Counted from the stretch's first letter, positions 38,401-46,354 are shown. The stretch: 64,000 nt of DNA from a virus (IMGVR_UViG_3300028048_000089:51329-115328); one strand, 5' to 3'. Numbers and translations are program-made. Notes: generated by a model not told the origin, from the letters alone.

Positions 38401-40255
38401 GATATAGATATTGTGGTAATTCAAAATCCACTTCTTCATCTAATGATTCATTTACTTTACCTAAAACTTTAACTTGGTCAAATAAACCAAATGTTTCAAC
38501 ATTCTTGTCATTTATACTATCATATTCAATTGCTTTAATTCCATTGTAACCTAAACCTTCTAAGATTCTCTTGAAAGCCATTGACCTTACAACTGGTCTT
38601 ATAGCAAGTCTATATGGATTAACACTATACTCATCAGCAACATTGTCAATTACTTTTCTAATTGCATCTTCACTAATGTTTAATCTTCTAATAATTGCAG
38701 TAAATTCTCTAGAGAACTTTAAAGGAGTTGAAGGAATCATATCAAACACTCTAGCATCAGTTTTACCTACATCTAAAAGATTTCCTAGAGTTGCACTACA
38801 TTTATAAACATAACCATTACCTAAGGCAAATGTTTTAGCATAATCATAATCTTTTGTAATCCAATTTATAGGTCTATTTAGATAACCTTCAATATCTTCA
38901 ACAGAACCGTGAAAATAGACATCCTCAGACACTTTTTCGCTTTCATTGAGATTTTCATCATAATTTTTATTAAACCTGCTTAAATAGTCTTTTGAGAGAC
39001 CTAAACCATTTAATACACTACTTGAGATATCTCCACTCTTAATATCAAAAATTAATCTATTTGCTAACATAATAGGAAATACATACAATCTTCCAGGATG
39101 TACATGTTCTAATTCATCTGCATCAAAACTATTGATAAAGAAGTCATCAAGTTCACCATCTGACCAATCACTAATGCCACATCTATTGTTTGCCCACATG
39201 AATAATTCAGTATAGTCTTTTATAGGTGAGATTAACCAACCATCATAATCTTCTTCTAGAACTATATATTCTGCTTCATTTTCTAAAGTATATTTAAGTG
39301 AATTTAATTTTTCTTCTTTTGTATTACCGCTAAGAGAGGCTAATTCATAACCAGCAAGTGCAGGTAAGTCACCATCCCACATAGAATCTTCATCAAATTC
39401 TTCACCTGTTATTCTTTTATACTCTTCTGGTGTTATATCTCCATTAGCACATGCTTCAAATTCAAGATAACCATCTGGAATCATATCATCAACCGCAGTT
39501 AAAAGGTCATTAAGTTCATCTCTACTATAAATTTCACATTCATTGCCTGTATTATCTGTAAAAGTTTCTTGAATAATTTGCTTTAAAACATTACTATCAA
39601 TTCTTTTATTCATAATAGCATTAACTAAAATGTTGCTATTACTTTCATTTTTATAATCTGCTTTAATTTCATCAATAACAGGAGCATTAGGAATATATGG
39701 AATACCTACATCTTCAGCATTAAAAATTTCACAACTATTATCTGGATATACTGCTAATGCATATTTAGTATCTTTGTTAATAAAGAAATAGAATCTTACG
39801 CCATTTTGTGAATAATATTGGTCAAAGTAACCTGCGCCTTCTTCTCCATTAGCCCATCTCTTTGAACCACTAATACACCACTTAGTACCTTTACCATACT
39901 TAGCACTTGCTTCATAGTTTGTAATCTCATATACTTTCCAGTCATTATCAGAATACACTAATCTAGCACCATCTTTTTCTTTATCTTTAAGTGCAGTCTT
40001 TTCTCTATGCTGTTTTAAAAGTTCATCCACATATTTCTTCAAATCATCTGGAGTACTATTTTTCATCCAGTAATAGAAGTCATTGTATGGTGATTTAATT
40101 CTTGGTTTTAAGAAAATAAAGTTCTTAACTAGACTATTAGCAAACATCTCTTTATCATCATCTAGGATAAATTTTTGAGTTGTATTATTAAGAATCCAGT
40201 TTTTAAACTTCTCTTGGTCTTCTTTTGCTTCTATGATAATTTTCTCTTTTGGCAT
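32468..40255 (-). CDS. ~2600-aa polyvalent protein with multiple ADP-ribosyltransferase-like and repeated domains
   Basis: YFHGS, YLYHAT, VYHGT, GTGFYF, VYRGL and CYRTI ART-like starts; three [ML]PDG-type repeats; two KYGKGTxWCI domains. Start moved to ATG 40255 (AAGGA RBS) because the longer start overlaps the late promoter. Confidence 0.75.
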   Translation of the reverse strand: MPKEKIIIEAKEDQEKFKNWILNNTTQKFILDDDKEMFANSLVKNFIFLKPRIKSPYNDFYYWMKNSTPDDLKKYVDELLKQHREKTALKDKEKDGARLVYSDNDWKVYEITNYEASAKYGKGTKWCISGSKRWANGEEGAGYFDQYYSQNGVRFYFFINKDTKYALAVYPDNSCEIFNAEDVGIPYIPNAPVIDEIKADYKNESNSNILVNAIMNKRIDSNVLKQIIQETFTDNTGNECEIYSRDELNDLLTAVDDMIPDGYLEFEACANGDITPEEYKRITGEEFDEDSMWDGDLPALAGYELASLSGNTKEEKLNSLKYTLENEAEYIVLEEDYDGWLISPIKDYTELFMWANNRCGISDWSDGELDDFFINSFDADELEHVHPGRLYVFPIMLANRLIFDIKSGDISSSVLNGLGLSKDYLSRFNKNYDENLNESEKVSEDVYFHGSVEDIEGYLNRPINWITKDYDYAKTFALGNGYVYKCSATLGNLLDVGKTDARVFDMIPSTPLKFSREFTAIIRRLNISEDAIRKVIDNVADEYSVNPYRLAIRPVVRSMAFKRILEGLGYNGIKAIEYDSINDKNVETFGLFDQVKVLGKVNESLDEEVDFELPQYLYHATYKPFLKSIKEKGLGNTGRKMWSDSKGRGVVYLALDKDVAYSYAETAEWLDDVEDYDKYADNIIVLKIDTNKLDKEKLFIDENVLDNDSTVEYHGIIPFTSVVKVIEESLDESLKEIEQTGILISSSPYEIKNKILNSKRALKLVGVHVNGEELWLIGSPYGNTHADMIAYAKQYGYISGDYNKANNVYLNVVPYDKKINIFVDYSTGREYDYENTRIVDVTKEWSQVNKNSLENTQLYKALGEPKEIKDYKYADHINEDLNEEKAITWGDLDYAKKTDTRKMMGGRGTGHFGTGFYFVGKEGPYGLDKDNKIKKYDYEPSRPIYEIELDNYNLYKPKDNDSAYRLHDTLKEINDGYEPSLDTWLNSNFDEEALDDELFNIGWTLVDEDLDDDDIDLDFDDLDDLSDDSEDYEDAVKEQDKSLDNYRKLVKEFIAKYGLEEYVWKDIDTMKSGEIEKHVEDAIHYKARNISGLKYALKTLSKMFNVNEKTLLDIIHKAYESNSEDSISTMLMKGLGYEGVDVTHLNKDAQGLSGLDNFGYGTVVYDLKPGTFKKIMEPRKGGNIHAKAGESLKEKIVKKVANENKDNKVIMVYHGTNSDIDKFDLTHIKTEPGVWFTTDKKYAKEHGKNIFTCILDTSKIYDLETNDVFEEAKKFFNREITEKDILSKDFKEHLVELGFDGMCWEHSGETTFVVFNTKPIIETKKLDEKIVKKGSKWQVQSEKGKNLGTYDTKKEAEERLKDVEMFKHMNEDADMSTIEFAEKEIGTSDRPIDGPSYIMPDGKFLTIWRSKIPVSKYSASGSATHRDVQQFLYDKGYAKEDFWQVETPELERLGCIRVNGGFEEYIWLPDDRPNETQWNSLLMWLDWYFRFHHKLTVGFKSYAPKTYYDSDYTTDEILKKCKEAYGRGYLTEKIDKEDYQKKFDERTHAHIDRVNKYAKKINKEYPHHDEDKFNELYAGYSLMSKENVSDANDIIKAINRAYIRGGFFSEPLKEYNTNKKEVKKNFFNQQMRYFKNMGDSQKDLATKTTQDHEDDFDSVVDFCNNLKFPLKVYRGLLWKDKNQIDLNNLGVHWTIDKNFINRNNFKTILVGEINEEDVDWKLTQHTYVYYSANKQYPENEIWLKKNAKPHNLEIYSLDEFKQLNEKIVKLNNGKYQVQSEDGTKNLGTYDTKKEAEKRLQQVHYFKHMNEEVEIKGDEFSFTLEDICKKYPDLVSNTYQSCGPAFIMPDGKYLLSGKRFEMHGDLAFQCLMDIEGLNEQEIENEFDTSNLTNFFTRFFKLIRVNDGSKADIEDRAYFVIPYSSITSSQLNSLQDFVDYILKNKYSKKIYDIQAFVGTNYAHQKWDLQFNNPTSDEIISDVKFAMSRGFFGESLEEETFNKDIEISTPISRDDLSDEVICYRTITNDEFYRLFSGDVIEGQWIPDDNDWVHFDNVTDRNTKIILFYTDYYRFRIYKNRITLKCKFNKEDIVAVAKGRYAVAKNFNKTKTISKAYYHYDDDIVFLDEIGVSSYDLSNVLEIVSIKGAHSTNEFPNIFNSNINAELKQNADKYNIKYDNIKESLHEDVKDNVLDALDKEFGQEELYMWSTYILPNGHFLNPDNAQEYWDEVGEDPIYEHSDFEDWAYQKGYNLNAIYDNCIKMNVTYPYLSMPDKARPTPEQLNAIRKILDRKDLFEPEGKFYWYDIFPEEKVDSKGENLLAVYTSVGDELFDLDVSDADDIIRAINQAYIRGGFFSESLNESKQDIEKFRQWAGDELANRFFKLKDRLPDRAKDIYYWMGNEKQLLNLKDRYKRAQEYSDISNYEEWAHDSAINSLKTALDDVEQTPTRREINKLGKAGSEKIYEDDNWLVLKINTYEASVKYGKGTEWCITGNNSDQGRVDFNHHTKDFDATIYFFLNKKNKNSKYALEYVDDENWCLFDETDFPHVGYGTPFNNGMDAMGGECWHKGDLRDTFPTIKGLPDINKAYDDFEKYDEE
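33192..35496. repeat. 70-bp near-identical direct repeat (33192-33261 and 35427-35496)
   Basis: Encodes VSDADDIIRAINQAYIRGGFFSE and VSDANDIIKAINRAYIRGGFFSE. Confidence 0.9.
34824..36276. repeat. ~140-bp diverged direct repeat (34824-34965 and 36141-36276)
   Basis: Both copies encode EKIVK...QVQSE...KNLGTYDTKKEAExRL...FKHMNE. Confidence 0.9.
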
Positions 40256-40446
40256 AATAAAATCCTTTATTTTGTTAATCAATAAATTTAGCATGATAAA
40301 TGTATTTTAATTTGAATGTTTTACTCACGCGTGTACATACGCGTATAATAGCTTTATATAGCTTATATATAATATATACATACAGTTATATAACAGTTAC
40401 AAAAGAATTATATCAAAAGAAATACTACAAAGAAAAGTTTAAATAA

Positions 40447-40472
40447 GAAAAAAGCACTATTTCTAGTGCTAT
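40447..40472 (-). terminator. Intrinsic terminator
   Basis: Minus strand AGCACTAG-AAA-TAGTGCT-TTTTTC after the stop at 40497. Confidence 0.7.
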
Positions 40473-40496
40473 TCTTTAACTTTAATATTTAATATC

Positions 40497-41417
40497 TTAA
40501 CCCCTTCTATAAGCATATAGATTATTGCCGAGGTCAATTTCATCACCATCGTAGGTGGCAAGGAAGTGGGCAATGCCATCTTCACTGATGCATTCTTCAA
40601 CTAAACTATCTAAGTCAATAAGATTATTATCTACAACAACTTGTGATAATTCTTCATTACTATAGATATCTTTAACAAAATCTTCAACATCCATATTAGA
40701 ACAGAGATAATCTAAGAATTCATCTTTCTTGTATTCTAAGTCAACACTACTGCTTAAGGTTTTTTCAGCCCATTCATCTTCACCATCAATAATGAAGTCA
40801 TCATCAGTTAAGATACCCGCATCAACCATTTCAGCAAGTAATCTATTATCATATTCAGCATCACCTTCAGATTCAATGTCATCAATATAACCTCTATAAT
40901 AATCATACATATCATCTTCAAATGCACTCCAGTCAATAAAGTTATCTAAGATATATGATTGGAAACTTTCAGAGAATGCTTCTAAACCCATTTCATCATA
41001 GATTTGTTCAATTTCTTCAGTAGCAGCGTCATATGCTTCATCATAGGTGCCAACCCAATATTCACCTTCAGGAGTAATAAAGTTATGACCATCACCCCAA
41101 GAACTTAATTCAATATCTTCTTCATTAACACCTAAATGTTCAGCCAATGCTTTAATGATAAATTGAGTATCATCATCTTGAATATCATCTTCTCTTAATT
41201 TTAAATCTTCGTTCATATTGTTTTCCTCACTAGAATTATTATATGCATCAAAATCTACATTGTCAATATTAAAATCTTGTCTTACTCTTTTATGTTCACT
41301 TGGAATAAAGTCAACAAAAACAGTACAAGTATCTCCATCAATTTCTTCTAAGATACCTTCTTTGTTATCCCAAACACTATTAGTATTTTTAATTTTAACT
41401 TTTTGTCCAATATTCAT
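40497..41417 (-). CDS. Acidic two-domain putative internal head protein (SH3/KOW-like N-terminus)
   Basis: MNIGQKVKIK...EGILEEI...CTVFVDF, then linker MNEDLKLRED, then a domain ending DGIAHFLATYDGDE. Confidence 0.55.
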   Translation of the reverse strand: MNIGQKVKIKNTNSVWDNKEGILEEIDGDTCTVFVDFIPSEHKRVRQDFNIDNVDFDAYNNSSEENNMNEDLKLREDDIQDDDTQFIIKALAEHLGVNEEDIELSSWGDGHNFITPEGEYWVGTYDEAYDAATEEIEQIYDEMGLEAFSESFQSYILDNFIDWSAFEDDMYDYYRGYIDDIESEGDAEYDNRLLAEMVDAGILTDDDFIIDGEDEWAEKTLSSSVDLEYKKDEFLDYLCSNMDVEDFVKDIYSNEELSQVVVDNNLIDLDSLVEECISEDGIAHFLATYDGDEIDLGNNLYAYRRG

Positions 41418-41419
41418 AA

Positions 41420-41773
41420 TTAATCAATGTCATCATATTCAGCATTTTTTCTTGCTTGATATTCTGCTTCTTCTCTATCTAGTTCAATGTCTTCTTCAAC
41501 TTTTTCTTTGAATTCTTCAAATGCATCTTCTTTACATTTATCTTTAAACCATTCTTCCATATCAGATTCAACAGCATCAAAAACACCAAATTCAACAAGA
41601 GTATTCCAGATGTCATTGTCTTTGCCATCAATGTTAATCATTTGTCTATCAAACCATTCTCTAACACCTTCAATGAATGTATCAAATGGAATTTCATAGA
41701 AGTAACTATCTTTATGGCCTTTGTATTCAAATTCTGGATAGTAAACTTCGTATCTTGTTTTGTCATCTTTCAT
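41420..41773 (-). CDS. Acidic hypothetical protein
   Basis: 117-aa ORF coupled to both neighbours. Confidence 0.55.
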   Translation of the reverse strand: MKDDKTRYEVYYPEFEYKGHKDSYFYEIPFDTFIEGVREWFDRQMINIDGKDNDIWNTLVEFGVFDAVESDMEEWFKDKCKEDAFEEFKEKVEEDIELDREEAEYQARKNAEYDDID

Positions 41774-43347
41774 TATTCTTCACCTTCTTCTTCAGATTCT
41801 TCTGCTTCTTCTTCAATTAATTCTTTAATATAATCTATTGCATCATCATAAGAATCAAATTTGTGAGTATCTAAGACATTTTGAACCATATCAACATCTT
41901 GACCTAATTCATTAGCAATGCTTTCTGCCCAATCACTTGAATCTTCTTCATATGGGTCACCATATTCTTCAGTTAAGTCTTCAGCATATTGCTCTAACCA
42001 TCTATATAAGTTACCATCAAGTTCATCATAAGCAGCTTTATTTAAGCCATCAATATACACATAACCATTAACTTCAACACTTGCATTATAACAACCAGCA
42101 TTTTCACACCAAGATTCAACTTCCCATTGAATGTCTCTTTCACTAATATTACCTTTTTCTAAGTGTGCATCTAATTCACTAGGAATATCAGCATCAGTTT
42201 CATATGTAGGAACAAGACCTTCATCATCTAACCATCTTTCAACATCTCTATAATCAATATCTAACATATCAGAGGTTTCTTTTGCTAATAATGTTGGATT
42301 TGCTTTAATAGTATCAACAGCAAACTTCTTCATATCTTCAACCCAACGGTCATAGTAATTACCATCATAATTATTTTCAGCTGAGATAAGAACAGCATCC
42401 CAGAATGGTGTTTCATCATCAATTTCAACATTCATAAGGAACTTCGCAGCTGGACCTGCAGTTTCAATACCATAGTCTTCAAACCATCTATCACCATCAT
42501 TGAACCATCTATATTCAATTTTATTAACTGCTCTGAGGATTTCACCTGCAAGAGTATCACATTTACCACTATCTGGAACTAACACATCAAATAAATGTTC
42601 AAATGACCAATCATCACCAATTGTTTTAACAATTTCATCAGCTTTTGCTTTAAGTTCATTTTCTTTAGCAATTTTGGCATCTCTTTCTGCTCTTTGTTGT
42701 GCAACTTTATCTCTTCTTGCTTTCATTCTTGCTTCAAAGTCAGCTCTTTCTCTTTCTTCTTCAGCATCTAATTCATCATCACTCATGATACCATCATCAT
42801 CAGGTGCTTCAGTTAAAGTTTCTTTGTCTTCATTTAAAGAATCATTTAATAAATGGTCTTGTGCTTGAGTAGAAAGAGATTTACACATTTTTTCTTTATC
42901 TTCTTTAGACATTTTAGCAACTCTTTCTTTTGCTTCTTTTTCATCTGCACATGTACCAAAAGCAACTAATTTATCAACTAAATCTTTATCACTACAAGAT
43001 TCTTTTAAGTCTTCATCTAAAAATAAGAAGTTCTTAACAATCTCACCATTCTTTTTACAAATACAATAACCTACTGAGTTAATATCATAAGTAAAATCTA
43101 CTAAATCTTCTACATCATCAAAATCAGCTTCAAATGGACCTTTAACAATGCCATAAGAGCCTTCAACACCCTTCTTGACATAATCATTTACAAATACTTC
43201 AGCTTCTTCTAAAGATTCAGTAGCAAATTGGTCATCATCATAAAAAGAAAGTTTGCCACCATAGACATTATCATATTTATATGCATCATATTCTTTATCA
43301 TCAGGATTTAATAAAATACCTGTTTCAACTTCATAATACTTTTTCAT
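41773..43347 (-). CDS. Acidic multidomain putative internal head protein
   Basis: LDEDLKES and DSLNEDKETLTEA linkers; LVPDSGKCDTLAGEILRA...RWFNDGD module; late-promoter motif upstream. Confidence 0.6.
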   Translation of the reverse strand: MKKYYEVETGILLNPDDKEYDAYKYDNVYGGKLSFYDDDQFATESLEEAEVFVNDYVKKGVEGSYGIVKGPFEADFDDVEDLVDFTYDINSVGYCICKKNGEIVKNFLFLDEDLKESCSDKDLVDKLVAFGTCADEKEAKERVAKMSKEDKEKMCKSLSTQAQDHLLNDSLNEDKETLTEAPDDDGIMSDDELDAEEERERADFEARMKARRDKVAQQRAERDAKIAKENELKAKADEIVKTIGDDWSFEHLFDVLVPDSGKCDTLAGEILRAVNKIEYRWFNDGDRWFEDYGIETAGPAAKFLMNVEIDDETPFWDAVLISAENNYDGNYYDRWVEDMKKFAVDTIKANPTLLAKETSDMLDIDYRDVERWLDDEGLVPTYETDADIPSELDAHLEKGNISERDIQWEVESWCENAGCYNASVEVNGYVYIDGLNKAAYDELDGNLYRWLEQYAEDLTEEYGDPYEEDSSDWAESIANELGQDVDMVQNVLDTHKFDSYDDAIDYIKELIEEEAEESEEEGEE

Positions 43348-43375
43348 AGTAAAATCTCCTATTAAGTCAATAAAT

Positions 43376-43528
43376 TTAGCAATAAAAATTATCTTTATGC
43401 TTTATTTTTCTGCTATATTTTGTTTTATCTCTAAAGATATTTGCTCTTGTAGTCTTTTGCACATTAAAATGTAACTCATTTCTAAGTTTAGTTTGGTCTA
43501 CCTTAATGTGAATAGTTTCTTTTTTCAT
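43376..43528 (-). CDS. Small basic protein with an ArfA-like C-terminal motif
   Basis: 50 aa from ATG 43528, ending FRDKTKYSRKIKHKDNFYC; directly behind a consensus promoter. Confidence 0.5.
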   Translation of the reverse strand: MKKETIHIKVDQTKLRNELHFNVQKTTRANIFRDKTKYSRKIKHKDNFYC

Positions 43529-43538
43529 AAGCAATATT

Positions 43539-43567
43539 ATTATAAATATAAAATTAATTATTGTCAA
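43539..43567 (-). promoter_or_regulatory. Sigma70/SigA consensus promoter
   Basis: Perfect TTGACA-N17-TATAAT. Confidence 0.85.
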
Positions 43568-43657
43568 CTAACAATTTATTTTTAAGCATTAGTAGTTACT
43601 TTTTGAGATAGGTTCTCATAAATGATATATAAGCACATAAAAAAGAAGCATTAGTCT

Positions 43658-44455
43658 TTATAGACCATACTTCTTCTTAAATTCATCATATTCTTCTCTT
43701 GTACACCAACCATGCCACAATGCTTTCTCATACCAATCATTTTTTCGTAAAACTTCTTTTGTAATTGGTGTAAATATATTTATTGAGTAATTACCTTTTT
43801 TAAATTCTTCTATGTATCTATTACTTCTCTTTAGCATCATATCCCAATTTCTTATTTCATCATTAGCCCAGGTACTTGGAGCTGATTCATTAGGATTATT
43901 AAATTGTATATGCTTAACATTGGTTATATGAAATTCTAATTCTGGATATTTATAGTGTAATAAGCAAGACCATATTAAATCTTCAAACCCCTCATTTTTT
44001 TGAGGGTCAATATCAACCATTGGTTCTTTCTCATAAATATATCTAGAAATCGCACATAAATTTAATTGAGCATTTTCATATTGAATAAAACAAAACCCAT
44101 TTGGATGATTATCCATTTCATCTAGATAATTTGTTGTTGCTTCAACTGTTGATTCAATTATACAATCATCATCACACATGATTAAATAATCGTAATTTGA
44201 TTCTAAAAATTTTTCTCTTAATGTTTTTCTTGCTTTGAGAATACCTAACTTTGAATAGTAAAAAACATTTGCATTTATTGAATCAGGCAATTTATAATCT
44301 TTCCAGTTTTGGGCAATAATTATAATTGGAATACCTTTAAAGTAGATGTCTAATTGCTTAAACAGTCTTTCTAGTCTATCTATTCTTTGAGTTCTTGCTT
44401 CTTCATTATCTGGTAACCAAGAAACTATTCCAATTACTTTATTTAATTTATTCAT
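43658..44455 (-). CDS. GT-A fold glycosyltransferase-like protein
   Basis: IIIIAQNW...LGILKARKTL...YDYLIMCDDD and GFED motifs; paralog of 56165..56803. Confidence 0.7.
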   Translation of the reverse strand: MNKLNKVIGIVSWLPDNEEARTQRIDRLERLFKQLDIYFKGIPIIIIAQNWKDYKLPDSINANVFYYSKLGILKARKTLREKFLESNYDYLIMCDDDCIIESTVEATTNYLDEMDNHPNGFCFIQYENAQLNLCAISRYIYEKEPMVDIDPQKNEGFEDLIWSCLLHYKYPELEFHITNVKHIQFNNPNESAPSTWANDEIRNWDMMLKRSNRYIEEFKKGNYSINIFTPITKEVLRKNDWYEKALWHGWCTREEYDEFKKKYGL

Positions 44456-45125
44456 TATTTGTTTCCTCTTTAATTTGAAATAATTTACAAATTTCTCTTT
44501 TAAATTTACTTTTATTTTCCTCTATATTATCTTCATCAAGTTTTTCAAGCATTATAGCTTTAAGTTTATACTTATCAATATAGTAATTAAATTCATCTGA
44601 ATATTCATTTAAATAGTGCTTAGTATTATCTTTAGGTTGAATTGTTTGAACAAATATTACTCTATTTAATATTTCATAATTCTTAAATAAATTCAACAAT
44701 TCAGTTACACCTAAGTGATTAACTTCATGAGTTGAGTCATTAATGAACCAGTTATTAAATGTGAAGATGAAAAAATAATCGTCATTTGTTTTGCATTTAT
44801 TTAGAAAATAATTAAATGTATTAATTCGTTTAGTTAATTCTAATTTATACTTAGTTGTAAATGGATTATTGTGTAATATCTCTACAAAATTAAAATCATA
44901 TAATAAAGGATATGAATCTTGTGGTGTAATATATTTATTCCTTGTTGAATACCCTGAAGAATATAATATCTCAAAATATTTATTTAGAAATAAAGCCTCT
45001 ATAGCATCAGTACCTTTTATTAATACATTATCTATAGGGCCTTTGAATTGACGATTTTTACCAAGTAGCACAATACTCGCACAATTGCTTCCTATTGACA
45101 TGAATTTTAAATCTTCAAATTTCAC
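44448..45125 (-). CDS. Putative papain-like peptidase (DUF1796-like)
   Basis: N-terminal FMSIGSNC...GPIDN, then LH...KRINTF, as in that family; GTG start. Confidence 0.45.
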   Translation of the reverse strand: MKFEDLKFMSIGSNCASIVLLGKNRQFKGPIDNVLIKGTDAIEALFLNKYFEILYSSGYSTRNKYITPQDSYPLLYDFNFVEILHNNPFTTKYKLELTKRINTFNYFLNKCKTNDDYFFIFTFNNWFINDSTHEVNHLGVTELLNLFKNYEILNRVIFVQTIQPKDNTKHYLNEYSDEFNYYIDKYKLKAIMLEKLDEDNIEENKSKFKREICKLFQIKEETNNE

Positions 45126-45160
45126 AATAAAAGTCCTTTCATTAGTTCTTTAAATTTAGC

Positions 45161-45186
45161 AAAAAGAGATGCTTATCACATCTCTC
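45161..45186 (-). terminator. Intrinsic terminator ending the early-gene island
   Basis: AGAGATG-TGATAAG-CATCTCT-TTTT, immediately followed by a late-promoter motif. Confidence 0.75.
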
Positions 45187-45199
45187 TTATTTTTTATTG

Positions 45200-45376
45200 T
45201 TAATAAGGATAACAATGACACTTATTTTTTGTATCATAAATACTTAATGCATATTGAGGGCATTCCCATTCTGCCCACCTAACATATTGTCTTGCTTCTT
45301 TTAGTGTATTAAATGGTAGTTCACCAATAGCTGAATGATAAACTATATATCTATTAGGGTATCTAGGTTTAGCCAT
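45200..45376 (-). CDS. Small hypothetical protein (58 aa, below the ORF track cutoff)
   Basis: MAKPRYPNRYIVYHSAIGELPFNTLKEARQYVRW..., with a GGAGGAG RBS. Confidence 0.6.
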   Translation of the reverse strand: MAKPRYPNRYIVYHSAIGELPFNTLKEARQYVRWAEWECPQYALSIYDTKNKCHCYPY

Positions 45377-45397
45377 TATTTAATCTCCTCCACTTCT

Positions 45398-45748
45398 TCA
45401 TAGTTTAAATAATTCCAATTCCCCTGTTTCATGATTTTGATAATAAATCTTATATTCATCTTTAGTAAAATTACTTCTTATATAGATTCTATCTTCATCA
45501 TAGGATATTATACAATTTCCAAATATTGTTACATGATTTTTTGTATCAAATAAAATATTTTCATTAGCATGAATATCTGTTAGAAGAGTATTGTATATTT
45601 TATGAATACTGTTTTTAATTTTGTAGTCAGTCCAAAGTGCATAGGCATTGTTAAGAGAATAATCAGTTTCTTCCTTATCATCAACAGACCATTCATGCCA
45701 ACTTAATGTATTGAATCTATAATCAATATGTAAACAAATATCACTCAT
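45398..45748 (-). CDS. Hypothetical protein
   Basis: ORF in the tightly packed early operon. Confidence 0.55.
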   Translation of the reverse strand: MSDICLHIDYRFNTLSWHEWSVDDKEETDYSLNNAYALWTDYKIKNSIHKIYNTLLTDIHANENILFDTKNHVTIFGNCIISYDEDRIYIRSNFTKDEYKIYYQNHETGELELFKL

Positions 45749-45749
45749 A

Positions 45750-46160
45750 TTATTCTAACTCTTCCATTGTCAATGCCCAAGTTTTGCCATAGTCTTTGAA
45801 ATGTCTTGGTTTGAGTTGTGTATCACTAAAAGTTAATAATATCTCTCTACTATGTAATCTTGTTATTCTAAATTGATTTATAAATAAAAGTTCTTTTAAA
45901 TCATCATTATCAAGTTTTAAGTATATCCCATTCGTCAATGCTCTAACTAAAGTCAATAAATCAATACCAAGTTCTTCTTCATTATCTTCTAATTGACCAA
46001 GTTTGTTTAAACAATCATCATAAGAAATATCTCTCTTTGGACAAAAATAATCAGTAGTAATATAGTCTTTATTTGGTTTTGCCAATTCAACTTCCCAATC
46101 TTGATAATGTCTTGTTAATCTTGTATTATTGTTAATATCTTTTCCATATACATTTTTCAT
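45750..46160 (-). CDS. Hypothetical phage protein
   Basis: KLGQLEDNEEELG and terminal DYGKTWALTMEEL, patterns familiar from Bacillota phage proteins. Confidence 0.6.
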   Translation of the reverse strand: MKNVYGKDINNNTRLTRHYQDWEVELAKPNKDYITTDYFCPKRDISYDDCLNKLGQLEDNEEELGIDLLTLVRALTNGIYLKLDNDDLKELLFINQFRITRLHSREILLTFSDTQLKPRHFKDYGKTWALTMEELE

Positions 46161-46354
46161 AGCAATTCCTCTTCTTCATCATCTTCTTTCTCATTTATTG
46201 AATAGAAGATTCTATATTGACCACAATTAGTATAAACTATTTGTTCAACTTTATACCCATCTTTTTCTATTGCTTCACACTCATCACAAACATCTCTTAA
46301 ACTTCCAAGTTCGTATTCATCAATATTTATATTTGCACAATACCAATGTTTCAT
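46157..46354 (-). CDS. Hypothetical protein
   Basis: 65 aa with ATGA overlaps on both sides. Confidence 0.55.
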   Translation of the reverse strand: MKHWYCANINIDEYELGSLRDVCDECEAIEKDGYKVEQIVYTNCGQYRIFYSINEKEDDEEEELL

